Part shown: positions 13,981-31,322 of the stretch, in pieces
Position numbering within the stretch: position 1 is the stretch's first letter
Layout of the letters: each line of letters starts with the position of its first letter
Source: the human T2T-CHM13v2.0 reference genome, Homo sapiens
NCBI RefSeq assembly: GCF_009914755.1
Contig: NC_060925.1
Reading direction: 5' to 3' (one strand)
DNA length: 64,000 nt
Notes under the pieces: generated by a model
Seen by the model: the letters and a program-made list of their open reading frames with translations, nothing else
Databases searched by the model: none
What the model was told of the DNA's origin: nothing
Program-made: the position numbers and the translations under genes

Positions 13981-14709
13981 TTCATTGATTCAAGGATAAC
14001 AGAAAAATAAGCTGGCAGAAATCAGTACAATGTACTCAGTAGAAAGTGACTAAAGCCATATACAAAGATGAATGAGACAGATCAGCATCCATACTAATAT
14101 AAACATTAGTTACATCAACTAAAAAATTAATATATTTTGGTTATCTTAAAATGAGTGCCTTGTGTGTGCCTTTTCCTCCTGTGGAGAAACATGTTTAGGT
14201 AGTCCTGAATATTATCCTTGTGGGTGCAATGGAACAGTGTGCTTTATGTAATCAGTTAACAAATTTAAGAAACTTTCAAATGCTGTCTAAAAGAAACAAT
14301 CTTAGGATACCTTAATTGGTATTACTGGCAGTTTTAGATATAGTCCTGAAAAATCATAATCATAAACTATATCAATAAACACAATGAGGAGAGAAAATAA
14401 TGCTATGACCATTCTGCCTTTAAGCAATAAAAGTTTAATAATATACCAATCACTTATTCCCTAACTGTACAGAAGAGAATATAAGTATGAAATTGTATTG
14501 AAAGTGTTCAATTTCAAGAAATTGAACTTTTATAAGTAGATATAAGCAAGCACTTACTGATTATAAGGGAACTATATTATTACCAGGATGGTGGTTGAAT
14601 CGCCAGTCCCAGAAATATTTTAAATAAGGTTTTTGATTCCCTTTGTTAGGAAAATCTAGATATAGATACCTCATACTCTGAGAATGAACCATATGACCTC
14701 TTCAGATGC

Positions 14710-15168
14710 TGTTATGGACAGAATTGTGTCCCCCTAAAAGTATAAATGTATATGTTGAATTTCTCATCTTTAACGTGAATGCATTCAGATTAAGAAGGTA
14801 ATTAAGGTTAAATGCAGTCATAAAGTTGGGATCCTAATCTGGTAGAGTTAGTGTCCTTATAAGAAGAGATATCAGAGAGCTCTCTCTCTCCTTCCCTCTC
14901 TCCTTCTCTCCCTCTCTCCCTCCCTCTCTCTCTCTCCCTCTCCCTCTCTCCCTCTCTCTCTCCACCACATGAAGAGGACATAGTGAGAAGGCAGCTGTCA
15001 GCAAGCCAGGAGGAGAGCCCTCCCCAGGAACCAAACCGGCCTGTACCTTGATCATGTACTTCCCAAACTTCAGAATTCTGAGAAGTAAGTATTTTTTATT
15101 TAAGCCAACCTATGACTACCCAAATAGCCTATAATATTTTATTATGGCATCCCAAGATGACTAATACA
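14710..15168 (+). mobile_element. Solo MaLR LTR, MLT1A-like, with an internal (TC)n tract at ~14879-14962
   Basis: tgttatggacagaattgtgtccccc ... gactaataca termini; near-TSD gatgc/aatgc. Confidence 0.85.
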
Positions 15169-15354
15169 AATGCCACATAAATACAACCTAAATAAATACT
15201 GAAAGAAATACCCCACACACCCAGTCCACATGAAAAATCTCAATGCAATGTTATAAAATATTACACAAATTATACATCTGTGTCCAAATATCCAAGGGCT
15301 TTTAAGAAATCCTAGGGTATAATGAAATGTTTGAAGAAAATACTAATTATTAAA

Positions 15355-15880
15355 TGCATTAGTTAGCTCTGCTGCATAACAAACAAGCCCCAATACTAAA
15401 TGGCTTCAAACAAAAGCACATATTAGGAGTCATCAGGGTAATTCTTGGATTCTTGTTAGATCCATTCATGCATCCGAATGAGCCGTGGCTCTAGAAGACA
15501 GCTCTTCTGGTCTTGGGTGGACTGTCTCACACATTTAAGGATCATCTAACTCTAGGCTGGCTTCTACATGGAATAATAGGGCTTTCTTCCACATAGTCTC
15601 TTATCCTTCACAAGTTGGCCTAGGCTTATTCACATGGCAGTGGCATGGTTTCAAGAGAAAAAGCAGAAGCATTCATGACTGCCTAAAGCCTAAGCTCAAA
15701 AGTGGCATCTTAGCACTTCTATCACATTCTACTGACCAAAACAAGGCACAAGGCTTAGCCCAGATTAGGGGAGTCAGGCAATAGACTTACCTCTTGATGG
15801 AAGAATATGCAAGGTCACTTTGCAAAGGGGATGAATACAGGGAAGCCATTAATTTTGGACTTCAATGCCATTGATTTACA
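15355..15880 (-). mobile_element. MaLR LTR, MLT1H-like
   Basis: tgctgcataacaaac...ggcttattcacatggcag...cacattctactgaccaaaacaag...acctcttgatggaagaa. Confidence 0.7.
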
Positions 15881-16829
15881 TTAGAAAACCTAAAAAAGCA
15901 ATTTACAAAATGAATGTATGCATGGAAATGGAGGTAGGAGGGGTGGCCCATATGGGGATAAATTAGGGCTGACATTTCTTAGGCATAATTATCATAATTT
16001 AAGTAGTAGTTATACATACAGAGATGTGGGAGTACAGAGATTCTTCTAATTTTCCTAATGAAAGAAAATTCACTTCTTTAAAGAACATTTGAAAGAATTT
16101 AAAGAGAAAGATTTTAATTACATAACCTTAACATGAAGATATTCATTGTCTGAAGTAAATCAATTCATGTTGTGCTAAAATCTGTGAGTTTCATTTTTCC
16201 TTTCCTGTTGTATGAATATTTCTTTGTAATAATTCCCTTTGTACAGCACAATAACTACTGAGCCCAGTCTGCCAATCCTCTCTGAGTAGGAGGCTGTCAA
16301 ATGGTACATGAGAGTCAGGCAAAATGCAACCATCTTTCTACATCGTGACACTAAACAATCAAACCAAAAGCTTTTAGTAACATGGAGATAATAAGTGAGT
16401 TTTAGGCCTAAGTGTACAGAACAGAACTTTCATGATTACAGCATAGCAGAGGCAAAAGTCAAAGAAAGGCAAGCAGACATCATTTTCTTTTAAACCTTCA
16501 ACATAAGTTTATTTTTATTTGACAATTGTTAAATAGAATTAAAAAGTCACATTAATGTTCTTTGTAAGGAGCTTGTTTTTTTGCTTTTAAGTTTAGTAGG
16601 AAGAATAAATACGGAATTTAACAAAGCAAAATTTCTATTAAAAACAAAATTATGATTAGTGTGTGCCTCATGTGTTCATGCATATTCAAGTATACAAAAA
16701 AAAACCCTTATTTTCTATAATTAAACATAATTTCTACTTTGTGTCCTAACTTTTCCAGGGAGGTAAAAACTTCATGTTAGCCAACTTAGTGGCCCCTCCA
16801 TTTTTCCTCTGAGTTGTATATAAGCTCCA

Positions 16830-17350
16830 GGGACCTTACGTAGTGCCAAGGTATTGGGGGCACAGAAGGGGATGTGGCCTTGTTGTCAGCAGCTATGAAC
16901 CCTGGAATCCACAGAGATATCCAGTAGGCCCTTGGGCCTCAGTCATTGGTTCTTGTATTGCACTAGCTTTGCTTGGTTTCTGTCACAAGACCCCTCAGGT
17001 CCAGCAACAACCTCCATGACTTCCGTGTTCCTGTTCGGAGCAAAGGAATTGTTCATTTTTCTTGCCACAGAGTATGGAAATCCTAGCTGGTCTGTTTTAA
17101 GGTCTCGTGTGCTTAGATATACCACTCAGCCAATTCAGTTTTGGGGGGTCTTGCCATTGCTCAGATTCTTAACTAGGAAAGGAGAGAGTGTCTTTTCTTT
17201 TTTGGGATGTACCCCCAACCCCAGGCTATCTGGGTTGGGTTTGCTTTGGTTTTCCTGCCTCTGGGCTGGGGAGGTATCTATCATGGAAGTAAGATAAAGG
17301 ACTTTCCACCCTGAACTACTGATATCCACATTCTTAACACTTCTCCTGAC
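16830..17350 (-). mobile_element. Possible very old ERVL-class internal (gag/pro) relic
   Basis: Minus strand ggcctactggatatctctgtggattccaggg loosely resembles the ERVL protease GLLDTG...IPG region. The block is GC-richer than its flanks. Weak. Confidence 0.2.
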
Positions 17351-18544
17351 TCTTTTTCATCTCACAGGCCCAACAAACCTTCTCTCCAGGGTATGTGGGG
17401 TAGGAGGGTTGTTCTTTCTCATACAGTATTTTCTTCTACATCTTTCATCAAAATTATGAGTAATTTTTGTTTCTCTAAGGAAGGCAAGTGGATATGTTAC
17501 ATTTAATTTGGGACTTAGTGGGAAAAAAATACAGTTGGCTTCTTTACAACCAGCTCTGGACTTCCTCCCATGTTTAATTCTATTATAACTATCCTTCATA
17601 GTATTTCACTGTTTGCTATTACTTAATAAAAATTAGAAAATCATTTTATTTGTAAATAGACTTAAACGTAGTTCTCAAAGGAGCAACATTCAGAAAAAGA
17701 CTTGTTTATTTTTTTTCTACTTTCTGCTCTGTGTTTTCTCCATGAAACTGCCCAGCTGCTTGAAAGGAGGAAAGGTCAAAGAGGAAAAGCAAATGTAAAG
17801 GGAAAAATATTCATTCATAATTTTAATTGTACCCTTCCACACCAACAATGATAATCACGTTTGCATTACACATAATTTTTTTTTGTGGGGGGGGAAATAT
17901 GTGGTTTTCTTTGACAGCACAATCAGAATTACATTATGCCAGACTCATCACAAACGTAGGTCAAAAACAGTTCAATTTCCTGCAATAGTTGGTAGTCAAC
18001 TCTAAAACAAGATGGTGAGAGGAGACAGAGGATTTTTTGAGGTTTAGGGGGAAAAGAGCTGACCATTTTAAGGTGAGATGTGAACCTCTTTCTTTGTTTA
18101 ATTCTGGTATACTTATTTTTACTGCTGCTTAACTGTCTGTTATTTAATAAAAGTTAGAACATCATTCTACTTATAAACAGACTTGTAAACAAAGTCCATC
18201 TCTTGGTCAGCCATCTATTCAGTTAGTTTATAAATTTGTCTGAGGTGAACAAACACTCTTTACTTCTTCCCCACTAGGACCACACAACAAATACCACAAA
18301 CAAGACTGCTCTGGAAACACTTCCCACAGACTGTGTGAGAATGTGTGTATGGGGTTGTGTTTCTGTATGTCAATCTCCACTTCAAAACCAAATTGAATTT
18401 CTTAATTACTGTGGCTTATGCAAATAAAATCCTAAGTTTCCTGGGGGTTCAGTCTTATTTTTGAGACCAATGAGTACTCAAGATTGATAAATATGAGTGT
18501 TGTCAATGCTTTTTCTCATTTTTGTTGATTTGCATAATTATATC

Positions 18545-18940
18545 TTATTCTGGCATCCCCTGAAAGCAGAGGCTGAGACAATGTCATTTTGAGTGAAAGT
18601 AGTTTATTTGAGAGAAAAATGTGGGAAGCAGAAGAGAGTAGGGAGAGTGACATATGGAAAGGCAATAAAGTGTGCCTTATTTAGTCAGTTACCACTTAGG
18701 ACCACTGGGGTTCAAATCTTGGTGGGGACCCTCTGAGAAACCGTGTGGTACATGCCTTAGATTTATCTTCCTGAAGGACTAGGAGGCTTGACGTTTGCCT
18801 CAGAGGATGTTAACTTCTCTCTCACTTCCCTCCTGTGCCTCTTCACAGGAGCCAAGTGTCTACCATGGCTTAGGGAACTCATAGAGATGCTCATAATGTA
18901 CAACTAAGGCCGGTGCCGACAATGTGCACAGTACTGTGGA
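18545..18940 (-). mobile_element. ERVL LTR, LTR33-like
   Basis: aagcagaggctgagacaa...ttgagtgaaagtagtttatttgagag...ggcaataaagtgtg. Confidence 0.7.
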
Positions 18941-19317
18941 CATTTGATTGACTGAATTCTCTGAAGCTGAGTTTTCTCTTCACACAAATTGAGATAATAT
19001 TCGCCTTGCTTTTCTTTCAGGATTTCTTCAGTTGTATTAATTCAATTAATCCTTGCCACACATTGTGTCATAGGAAAGTATTCATCCCCATTTCATAGGT
19101 GAGAAATTGGAGGTTCTGAGAGAAAAAGTAGTTTTCTGGGTCTTCAAACCTCGTCAATGGTATTCCCTCAATATACCAAGCTGCTTCTATTGTAGGAATA
19201 GATATGAAATTTAAAAATGCCTTTGAAATTTGTAAATACCTTTGGATTAAGCCATAGTGATCAAACTATAAAATCCACCCCGTAATTTTCAGACCTCAGC
19301 AATACAAAGAGGACACC

Positions 19318-19690
19318 TTAGTCAGAACTCTTTTGGCTGCGTCTGACAAAAATCCGAATTAGGCAAAGAGGAATTTTTTAACTCTGATAACCAAAGGGCT
19401 GATGGAGAGCCCTCAAGTGACTCTTCTGTTTCTGTTTCTTGGTTTCATTAGCATCTGCTAAGAACTAGCTTCTTCTTCAGGATAGGGCGCATTTCCATCC
19501 ATCAGTGCCAGAGTTTCCAATATCTATTATCAAAGGGAGCCTGTAGCCTATCTCTCCAATCCAAAATTATAAAATCCCAGGAAAGAGCTCTGCTTGGCCC
19601 AGCTTCAGTCAGACACACACCTTTAAAGAGGTCATTAATACCAGAGAATCAACATCTGCTTGAACTTTCAGGCCTTTGGACGGTGGGAGG
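19318..19690 (-). mobile_element. Old MaLR LTR (MLT1K/L-like)
   Basis: ttagtcagaactcttttggctgc...aaatcccaggaaagagctctgcttggcccagcttcagtca. Confidence 0.5.
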
Positions 19691-20089
19691 ACTCAGAGTA
19701 GAAGCATTTCTTGTAAAAGTTAGAAAATGAAACTTTGTACAAATAAAGCAATTAGTATCTATCTATGCCCAAGGAGAAAATAATGTGATAGCTACAGAAG
19801 ACTTAGAAAGTATTAATATTCACTAAACAGAAAAGCTTAAATCCTTTGACGTTTTTCTTTTTTTGTTCCTAAGTAAATTTGACCAAATTGGACAACCTGC
19901 TCTGATATTCTGACACCATTTAGGCATAGTCATCTTCTTAATTAAGAAAAGAAACCCCTACAGAATTGAGATATAAAATATTTTTCTGTTAAGTATTGGT
20001 TATGTATTGTCTTTTAAGGTCTATGCTATTGCTATGAATGTCCCTTGGGTGAGCTACATGAAAATCAACATCAAGAAAAGCCTAAAGTA

Positions 20090-20395
20090 AAGAAGGAGAA
20101 GATCTGTACTTTGGAAGATGATATGGCTTTGGAGAAAACTGGAAATACAGTAATAAAATTAAGAATCCAATGAATGGGCTTAATAATAAATTACACATAA
20201 CAGAAGAGAAAATTAGTGAACTACAAAACAGTTCAGAAGAACAAACCGAGAGGGAGTGTGAAACAAAAAAGATGGAAAAATAATGGAGAGGGTAAGAAAT
20301 GTAAAGAATTCACAAAAAGGCCAAATACATGTAACTGAAGTTGCAAAAGGACAGGAGAGAGTGTAGAGGTAAAAATTCTTTTAAAAACCTAATGG
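20090..20395 (+). mobile_element. Old L1M ORF1 fragment
   Basis: aatgaatgggcttaataataaattacacataacagaagagaaaattagtgaact. Confidence 0.65.
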
Positions 20396-20583
20396 CACCC
20401 TTTCCTTCCATCCTCTCTTCACCTGTTATCTTTTTTTCCATTTCCATCTTCAGATTCTTCCCCAGCCCTTCCTGTCCCACCTACACTTCCCAAACTGGCA
20501 GGGTCAGCATGGTGGCTAAGAGTACAGGGCAGTTAAGTAGGTGATAGGAAGCCACATGGATTATTTTAAAAATCAGTAGAGTG

Positions 20584-20912
<329 letters not shown>

Positions 20913-20944
20913 TTATTTATTAAGTGGAAAAAATACCAAGAAAA

Positions 20945-20946
<2 letters not shown>

Positions 20947-20980
<34 letters not shown>
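20947..20980. repeat. (GT)n microsatellite
   Basis: Seen directly. Confidence 0.95.
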
Positions 20981-20982
<2 letters not shown>

Positions 20983-20999
20983 CTATAGTTTGGTTATCT

Positions 21000-21845
<846 letters not shown>

Positions 21846-23294
21846 AGAGGCTGCTGGGTGGGGTGCTGGAGCCTGTGCCTGGTAAATGGTTCCAGGACAA
21901 GAGAAAAGAAAGGTATGTCAGACAAAGAAATAAATGGCATGTCAGGTTTTGCAAGAAGAGAGGGAAGAGCCAGCTACCATAGTTGCTTCCTGTGATGTCC
22001 AATGGCAGAGGCCAAAGAGAGTCCTGGGGCACCCTAGAGGGAAAGTGTTCTGGCATGGAGGATGACATAGGTTACCTTAAATATGGCACCAGTTGTGGTT
22101 GAAATTACCTTGTTTTTCTCTTTTCTTTCTTTTTTTTTTTTTTTAATCTATTGTCTCTTACTTGCCCTTCTATGTAATGGAAGCCCAGTAAGGCCAGAGA
22201 CTTTATCTAGCTAATTCCCTGTAACCCTGGCACCTTGGACATACAGGTATTCAAGTATTTGTTCCCTGAAATAATACTCTGAATTAACCTGCTCACATAA
22301 GAAAAATAACACCAGCTGGGGAGCACTGGGACTGACAGCTAAATGTTTGTTAGACATTTACTATGGGCCACGTTCTTGCTGTGCTCCTTCTCCCTGTGGT
22401 TTTCAAAAACCAGTCACCTAACCTGAAGCCTCAAACTCTTCATCTGCAAAAATGAGTTGTGGCAGGTGCCTCTGAAGCAAAAATCCTGGGCTAGAAGGAG
22501 TGTCGTCATCTAAGGCAAAAAAGAAAAACAAAATCAAGACTAAGAGAGGAGGAATTAGAATGAGACTCATGTACCCTCCTTCCCCACTCCAGGGGAAGGA
22601 GAGACTGTTTGGGAATGCCCTCCCACTACTTCCAGGGCAGAGGCTGTGCAGAGGAGCCTTGGAGAATCTGCAGCCCACTGATGACTCTGCTTCAGTCAGT
22701 GTTTCTGACTTTCTGATGGAGAGGCCTCCCATTGATAAGATTTTTGTCACTGCAGCTAAATGGGGGCTTCAAATACAAATAAGTTTCAGTTACAGAAAAA
22801 AAAATTCTTGCACGTTTAAGCTTATCCCTTCTACGGTATTATCTGTGAGAATTATAGACCAACCATAAGGCACTCAACATTTAGTTGTACATGAGAATTT
22901 TCACTTCACTCAAAGCTTGTGAGGTTTTATCATTAACGTTTTAATTTGGTGGCTATAGTGGAAAAGAACAAAGCTAACGAGAACCAATGAACACTGCCTT
23001 TCCTGGGATTGTCACTTCAGTAGGTTGTGAGTTCCTCTAGGGCAAGGGCAGGGTCCATACATTTCCTTTGAATCCCTCACGTAGTCACTAGCATGCACAG
23101 TACTTGTATCTAGCACATGCTCAATAAATGTGGAATGAACGCATCATGAACAAAATATAGACTAATGACTTTGAGTGCTGATTCTTTTTGTCAATAGTAT
23201 AATATTTAAGATATTTATGTAACAAATATTGAAACAGTTGTCAAAAATATAACAGAGCATAAATAAAATTAGAGAGTTTCAAAGTGACAACTAA

Positions 23295-25010
<1,716 letters not shown>

Positions 25011-25029
25011 GAAAATAAAAAGAAGTCAT

Positions 25030-25930
25030 GAGTGCGAAACAGGTTTAAAAACCAGCATCCAGGCAGTGGCTACCAGATTGAAGGCCTTGAATAATCCCCT
25101 ATGTCTCTTAGCTCTGTCCTCCGGGCTGCGGGCTTCACACTGAGTCCCCATCCCCAGCCTGTGGGCTCCAGGCTCTGCTCTCCTAGCTCTTGGTTCCACC
25201 CTCTGATTCATCTTTCCTTTATGCATGAAATGTAGCTTGTGTTTGCAGATAAGTAGGTTTATGGGGCTTGACAGTCATCTTTTATTTTATACACTTTCTG
25301 TTCCTTTCAGTCTAGCTTGCAGTGTGTCTGCCAACATCATTTTCTCTAGAATCTTGTGGATTTTGCATGAATTTCATGAGGGTTCACTCCATTAGACTAA
25401 AGTCTCACCAACAGATCTTTCTGAGCTAATCCCTTCTCTATATTTGGCTTCTGCTGAGATGGCCAAGGGATCACACCATTCAAGACTCTTAAACTTGAAA
25501 TCTGTGAGCTGCACCCTTAATCTCGTGCAACTGAATAATCTTTGATCTTTCAAAGATTTCCACAAGAAGTTGTATAGCCACACTCTCAGCCTTTTCTCTA
25601 TGTCATGCTTTTGGCAGTCATTTGTGAATTTTAGCCTCTTTCACCACCTGGATAGATTAAGAATATTCCAAATCATCAAGTTCTGGTTCTCTTTTGTGTA
25701 ATTCTTTTCTCAAATTATATCTCACTTCTCTTATTTTACTATAAGCTATAAGAAAAAACTAGGCCACATCTTCAATATTTGGAAATCTTTGTTAAATATC
25801 CAAGCTTGTTGTTTACAAGTTCTGCTTTCCACATAGCTGCAAGAATCAATTCTGCTAAACTCCCTGCCTCTGCTTAACAAGGATCCTCTTTCCTCCAGTT
25901 TCTAATAATATGTCCCTCACTTCTTTCTGA
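25030..25930 (-). mobile_element. MaLR internal sequence (MLT1-int)
   Basis: gctccaggctctgctctcctagctcttggttccaccctctga; tttggcttctgctgagatggc; caagttctgctttccaca. Confidence 0.7.
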
Positions 25931-25944
25931 GATTAAATCATTGT

Positions 25945-26382
25945 GAGCTCACAGTACTATAGGTCAGAAGTCTTCACAGTCTTAGCTGAGGTCACCAATG
26001 AGGGTCTCACAGGGCCTAAATCAAGGGGTTGGCTAGGCTGAGCTCTTATCTGGAGGCTCTGGGGAAGAATAGACTTCCCAAGCTCATTCAAGTAAATGGC
26101 TAAATTCAGTTGCTTGCTGCGTATAAGCTCTCAGTTCTTAAAGGCCACCTCCATCTTCAAAAGCAGCAAAGATACTTTGAATTCCCCTCTCACTTCAAAT
26201 CTCTGGCTTCTCTCTGTCATCAAGCAGAGACGATGCTCTACAGACTCTCCTAAATAATCTCCTTATCTTAAGGTCAACTGACATCTGCAAGCTCTCTTCA
26301 CTACAATGCCTAGATTAGTGCTGGGTAAGATAATCAGGGAATGAGAATCTTGGAGGACCATCTTTAGAACTCTGTCCACCGC
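25945..26382 (-). mobile_element. MLT1E-like LTR adjoining the internal piece
   Basis: tctggaggctctggggaagaat...cttcccaagctcattcaag...cttaaggtcaactga...ttagaactctgtccaccgca. Confidence 0.75.
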
Positions 26383-26384
26383 AT

Positions 26385-26545
26385 TTGGGGAGGGGGTTCT
26401 GACTAGGAAGAGCAGGAAACAACTTGCTACATCTTGATCTGGGTGGTGGTTACATAGGAAAATTGACTTTGTAAAATTTAGAGCTATACACTTATAATTT
26501 GCATACTTTTTTACATGTATGTTTTACTGCAACAAAAAGTTCACA
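26385..26545 (+). mobile_element. L1ME 3' end
   Basis: tacatcttgatctgggtggtggttacat...gagctatacactta...tatgttttactgcaacaaaaagtt. Confidence 0.65.
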
Positions 26546-26838
26546 AAGAACATTCCTGTAGGAAAGCTCTGTTTTCTCATTAATATTTTTTAATATATTT
26601 TATTTGGAAAGTTTAGATATTCAGTGATTAATATCTGCCCTATAGTTTGTAGATTATGCTTGTTTATTGTATGGTCATCATTATATAATGTATAGAACAT
26701 AAGATGGTTTTTTTTCACCAAGTTCAAGCTTTAAAATTTGGGGAATGAATATTTAAATTATATCTGCAGTTTTTAATTTCTTCACACATTCTGACCTTTG
26801 ATGTAGGTGACATAGGAGAAAACTTACTATGCCATTAG

Positions 26839-27192
<354 letters not shown>

Positions 27193-27949
27193 TGTGTTGG
27201 ATCATTTTGCTTCAACATGGATGAGAGTTCTTCAGCAAGGATCTCCAGAAGAGTGGCTGGTGGCAAACTAATTAAACTTAGGGTGACCATTTTGAAACAA
27301 GTCCCTCCTAAGATTTACTTACCATAAATACCTAAAAATGGAGTTTCACTATATTCTGCTTTCTTCTATTTTTAAAGGGATCCTAAGCCCCAAATGCAAC
27401 ATTGCAGGTCCAGTAGATTCCAACAATGGGACATTGTTGTTATTATAGGTCAGAACATCTCCACAGAACAAACTCTGTCACTTATGGCTGACAAACTCGC
27501 AAAAAATTGTTAGATTTGGTGATAATAATTAAACTAAATTAAATATTTTTTGGATGCTCATTTAACAAGATCTCAAAAAGATCACACCAAAATGGTCCCT
27601 GATCAGACGTACTTAGTTTAACGACAGCTACTCTCCCCTCTAAACTTCAGATTTCCAACAGTTCACAAAAGCAGCTTTGAACACTTTCCTTGTTAAATAT
27701 GGGAACATACTCCTCTTAAGCCCTGAAATGAGAAAACTTCCCTCCAACGTAATTGCTCCAAGTGAAATACCACATAATATTAATCTCCTTGGAAAGCACC
27801 GAGAACTTTTCAAGTGGCTCATTACCTCTGCAGATAGTCAATGTACTTCCTAATGTTTTCAAAGCTTACAGGAAACAAGAAATGAAAGTGGAGAGTCAGG
27901 TCTTCTAAAAAAAATCGTAATAAACTGTTTCTGCTGGCCTCAGAAGTAT

Positions 27950-28160
27950 AATAATAGTTAATATTCATCTAGTGATCACTAGATGCCAGACACCGTTCTA
28001 AGTGTTCACAAATGGTAATTTGTTTAATCCTCACTAACAATATTATTTCCCATTATGCAATGTAGAAAGCTGAGGCACAGACAGAGTAAGTCATGTGCCT
28101 GGTGTCACATAGCTAGAAACGCCAAAGCCAGGATCCAAACCTCCATATTCTAAAATGCTA
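27950..28160 (-). mobile_element. MIR SINE
   Basis: tttaatcctcactaacaa...aagctgaggcacagacagagtaagtcatgtgcctggtgtcacatagcta. Confidence 0.75.
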
Positions 28161-29281
28161 CATCAGTCTTCCTTTTAAAATAGTTCTGGCTTCCTGAGAA
28201 TGACTCATGTGGGTTTTTACAACAATTTTTACTCTGATGTATTGCATCTTTTATGTGGGAAGTGGGCAGGCCAGTTCAGAGGAGCTAACTGGGGCTCTCC
28301 CTCCAGGAAAGAAAAGATGGTTCAGAGAAGTTACTTCTAAGAGAGTCTTGGAACTGTGTCAGCCACAGTCTTTCACACTGTGTGCAGTGCGTGCTAGGGG
28401 TCCTGAGTCCATTTTTATTATGTGTACTAGAATGACTTTGACCTTTGACTGCCTGGTTAAAGGTATGAATGTGTTGAAGACATCTCATGATAAAGGGATG
28501 TTAAAACTTAAAGAAGGGCCCCAAGCACATAGTCTTAAAAGAAATTGTGCACTGCCTATTGCCTTTGGTTGTGAAATGGACTCTTAGTTAAAGGACCTGT
28601 GGCATGCACATGGTTATAAAATAAGACATATTTTATTATCTTCCTTATGCAGGTATAGCACTGGACACTTTATATGAATTACCTTCTTTACTTATTATGA
28701 TAACCCTATAAGATTACTATGATTGCCCCCACTTTCCAGATGACAACTACAGTGCTAATCAATAACTGAGAGAGGAATTTAGCTTAAATATGTTTTTCTC
28801 TGAAGCTTGTACTCTTTAATGTTAATCTAATTTTCCACAAAAACAGGCTAAGTTTTTTTTATTAGTGTAGGAATTTCTCAATTATTGTTGTTTTGGTTTC
28901 TGCGTTGGGCAGAGATTCCAGGCAGCACTGTCAAAGACAGAACTGGACTCTGAAGCAGGTTGTCAGGAGCCAGAAAACAGGTAAGGATTGATGTCAAGAC
29001 AAGGTAGGTGTGAGAAGGGGATTGAAGGGAGAGGAGACTGCAGGCAGACAGTATTAAAGAAGCATAGTCCTGGAAACTGAGGCAATCTGGACTTCAATGA
29101 GGCTGGACTTTATAGCCATGTTGCTACAGATGCCTATAGCTTTCTTCTTATGCTCACCTTGGACTCAGTCTTCAAGTTACAGTTAATGTTCTCTCTTGCC
29201 ACAGCTGGATGCTATTCCTAACGAGATGCGTTAAGAACATGATTAGTTCAATAACCAGAGAATTCCAGTACCCCACAATAG

Positions 29282-29692
<411 letters not shown>

Positions 29693-30194
29693 TAACAGAA
29701 AACTGTTATTGCCCATTTGAAAACTTTTACGAACAGCCATTTTAATTCAAGATGGCAAACCAAAGCACACATTTTACCATTTAAATTATAACTTTATGAC
29801 TTTTCATGCTAGATACTCTCTTACTTATTCATAAATAGTTGATGCTAAAGTGACTAATAAAGTTATTCATAACTGATTTATAAGAAATACTAGTGTGGGT
29901 AGTTTAAAGACCAGGAAAACAAATAAATATAAATATTGACATCAATCAACTTAAGAAGAGAAAGAGAGATTTCATTTAGTCAAATATTCTAATTGTGTTT
30001 GAAATCTTAAAATATATTTTCAAGAATATTTTATGCATTCAACCTTGTTGTTAGGAAAAAAACAGAAACATAGCTGGATTAGAAATCCAAGAACTATCTT
30101 TGAGTCATAGTAAGCGGAACAAAAGACAGAACCATGTGCCCCTAGGGATCTATAGACTTTTATACATTTTTTGTTGTTCTTTTGATTTGTTTTT

Positions 30195-31322
<1,128 letters not shown>

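Noticed and set aside
22576-22601. 10-bp stem hairpin ctccttcccc-actcca-ggggaaggag
   Set aside because: Low-complexity arms and near chance expectation; no other support.
28207-28587. 126-aa ORF with a hydrophobic N-terminus
   Set aside because: No recognisable domain or exon structure; this length can occur by chance in 64 kb.
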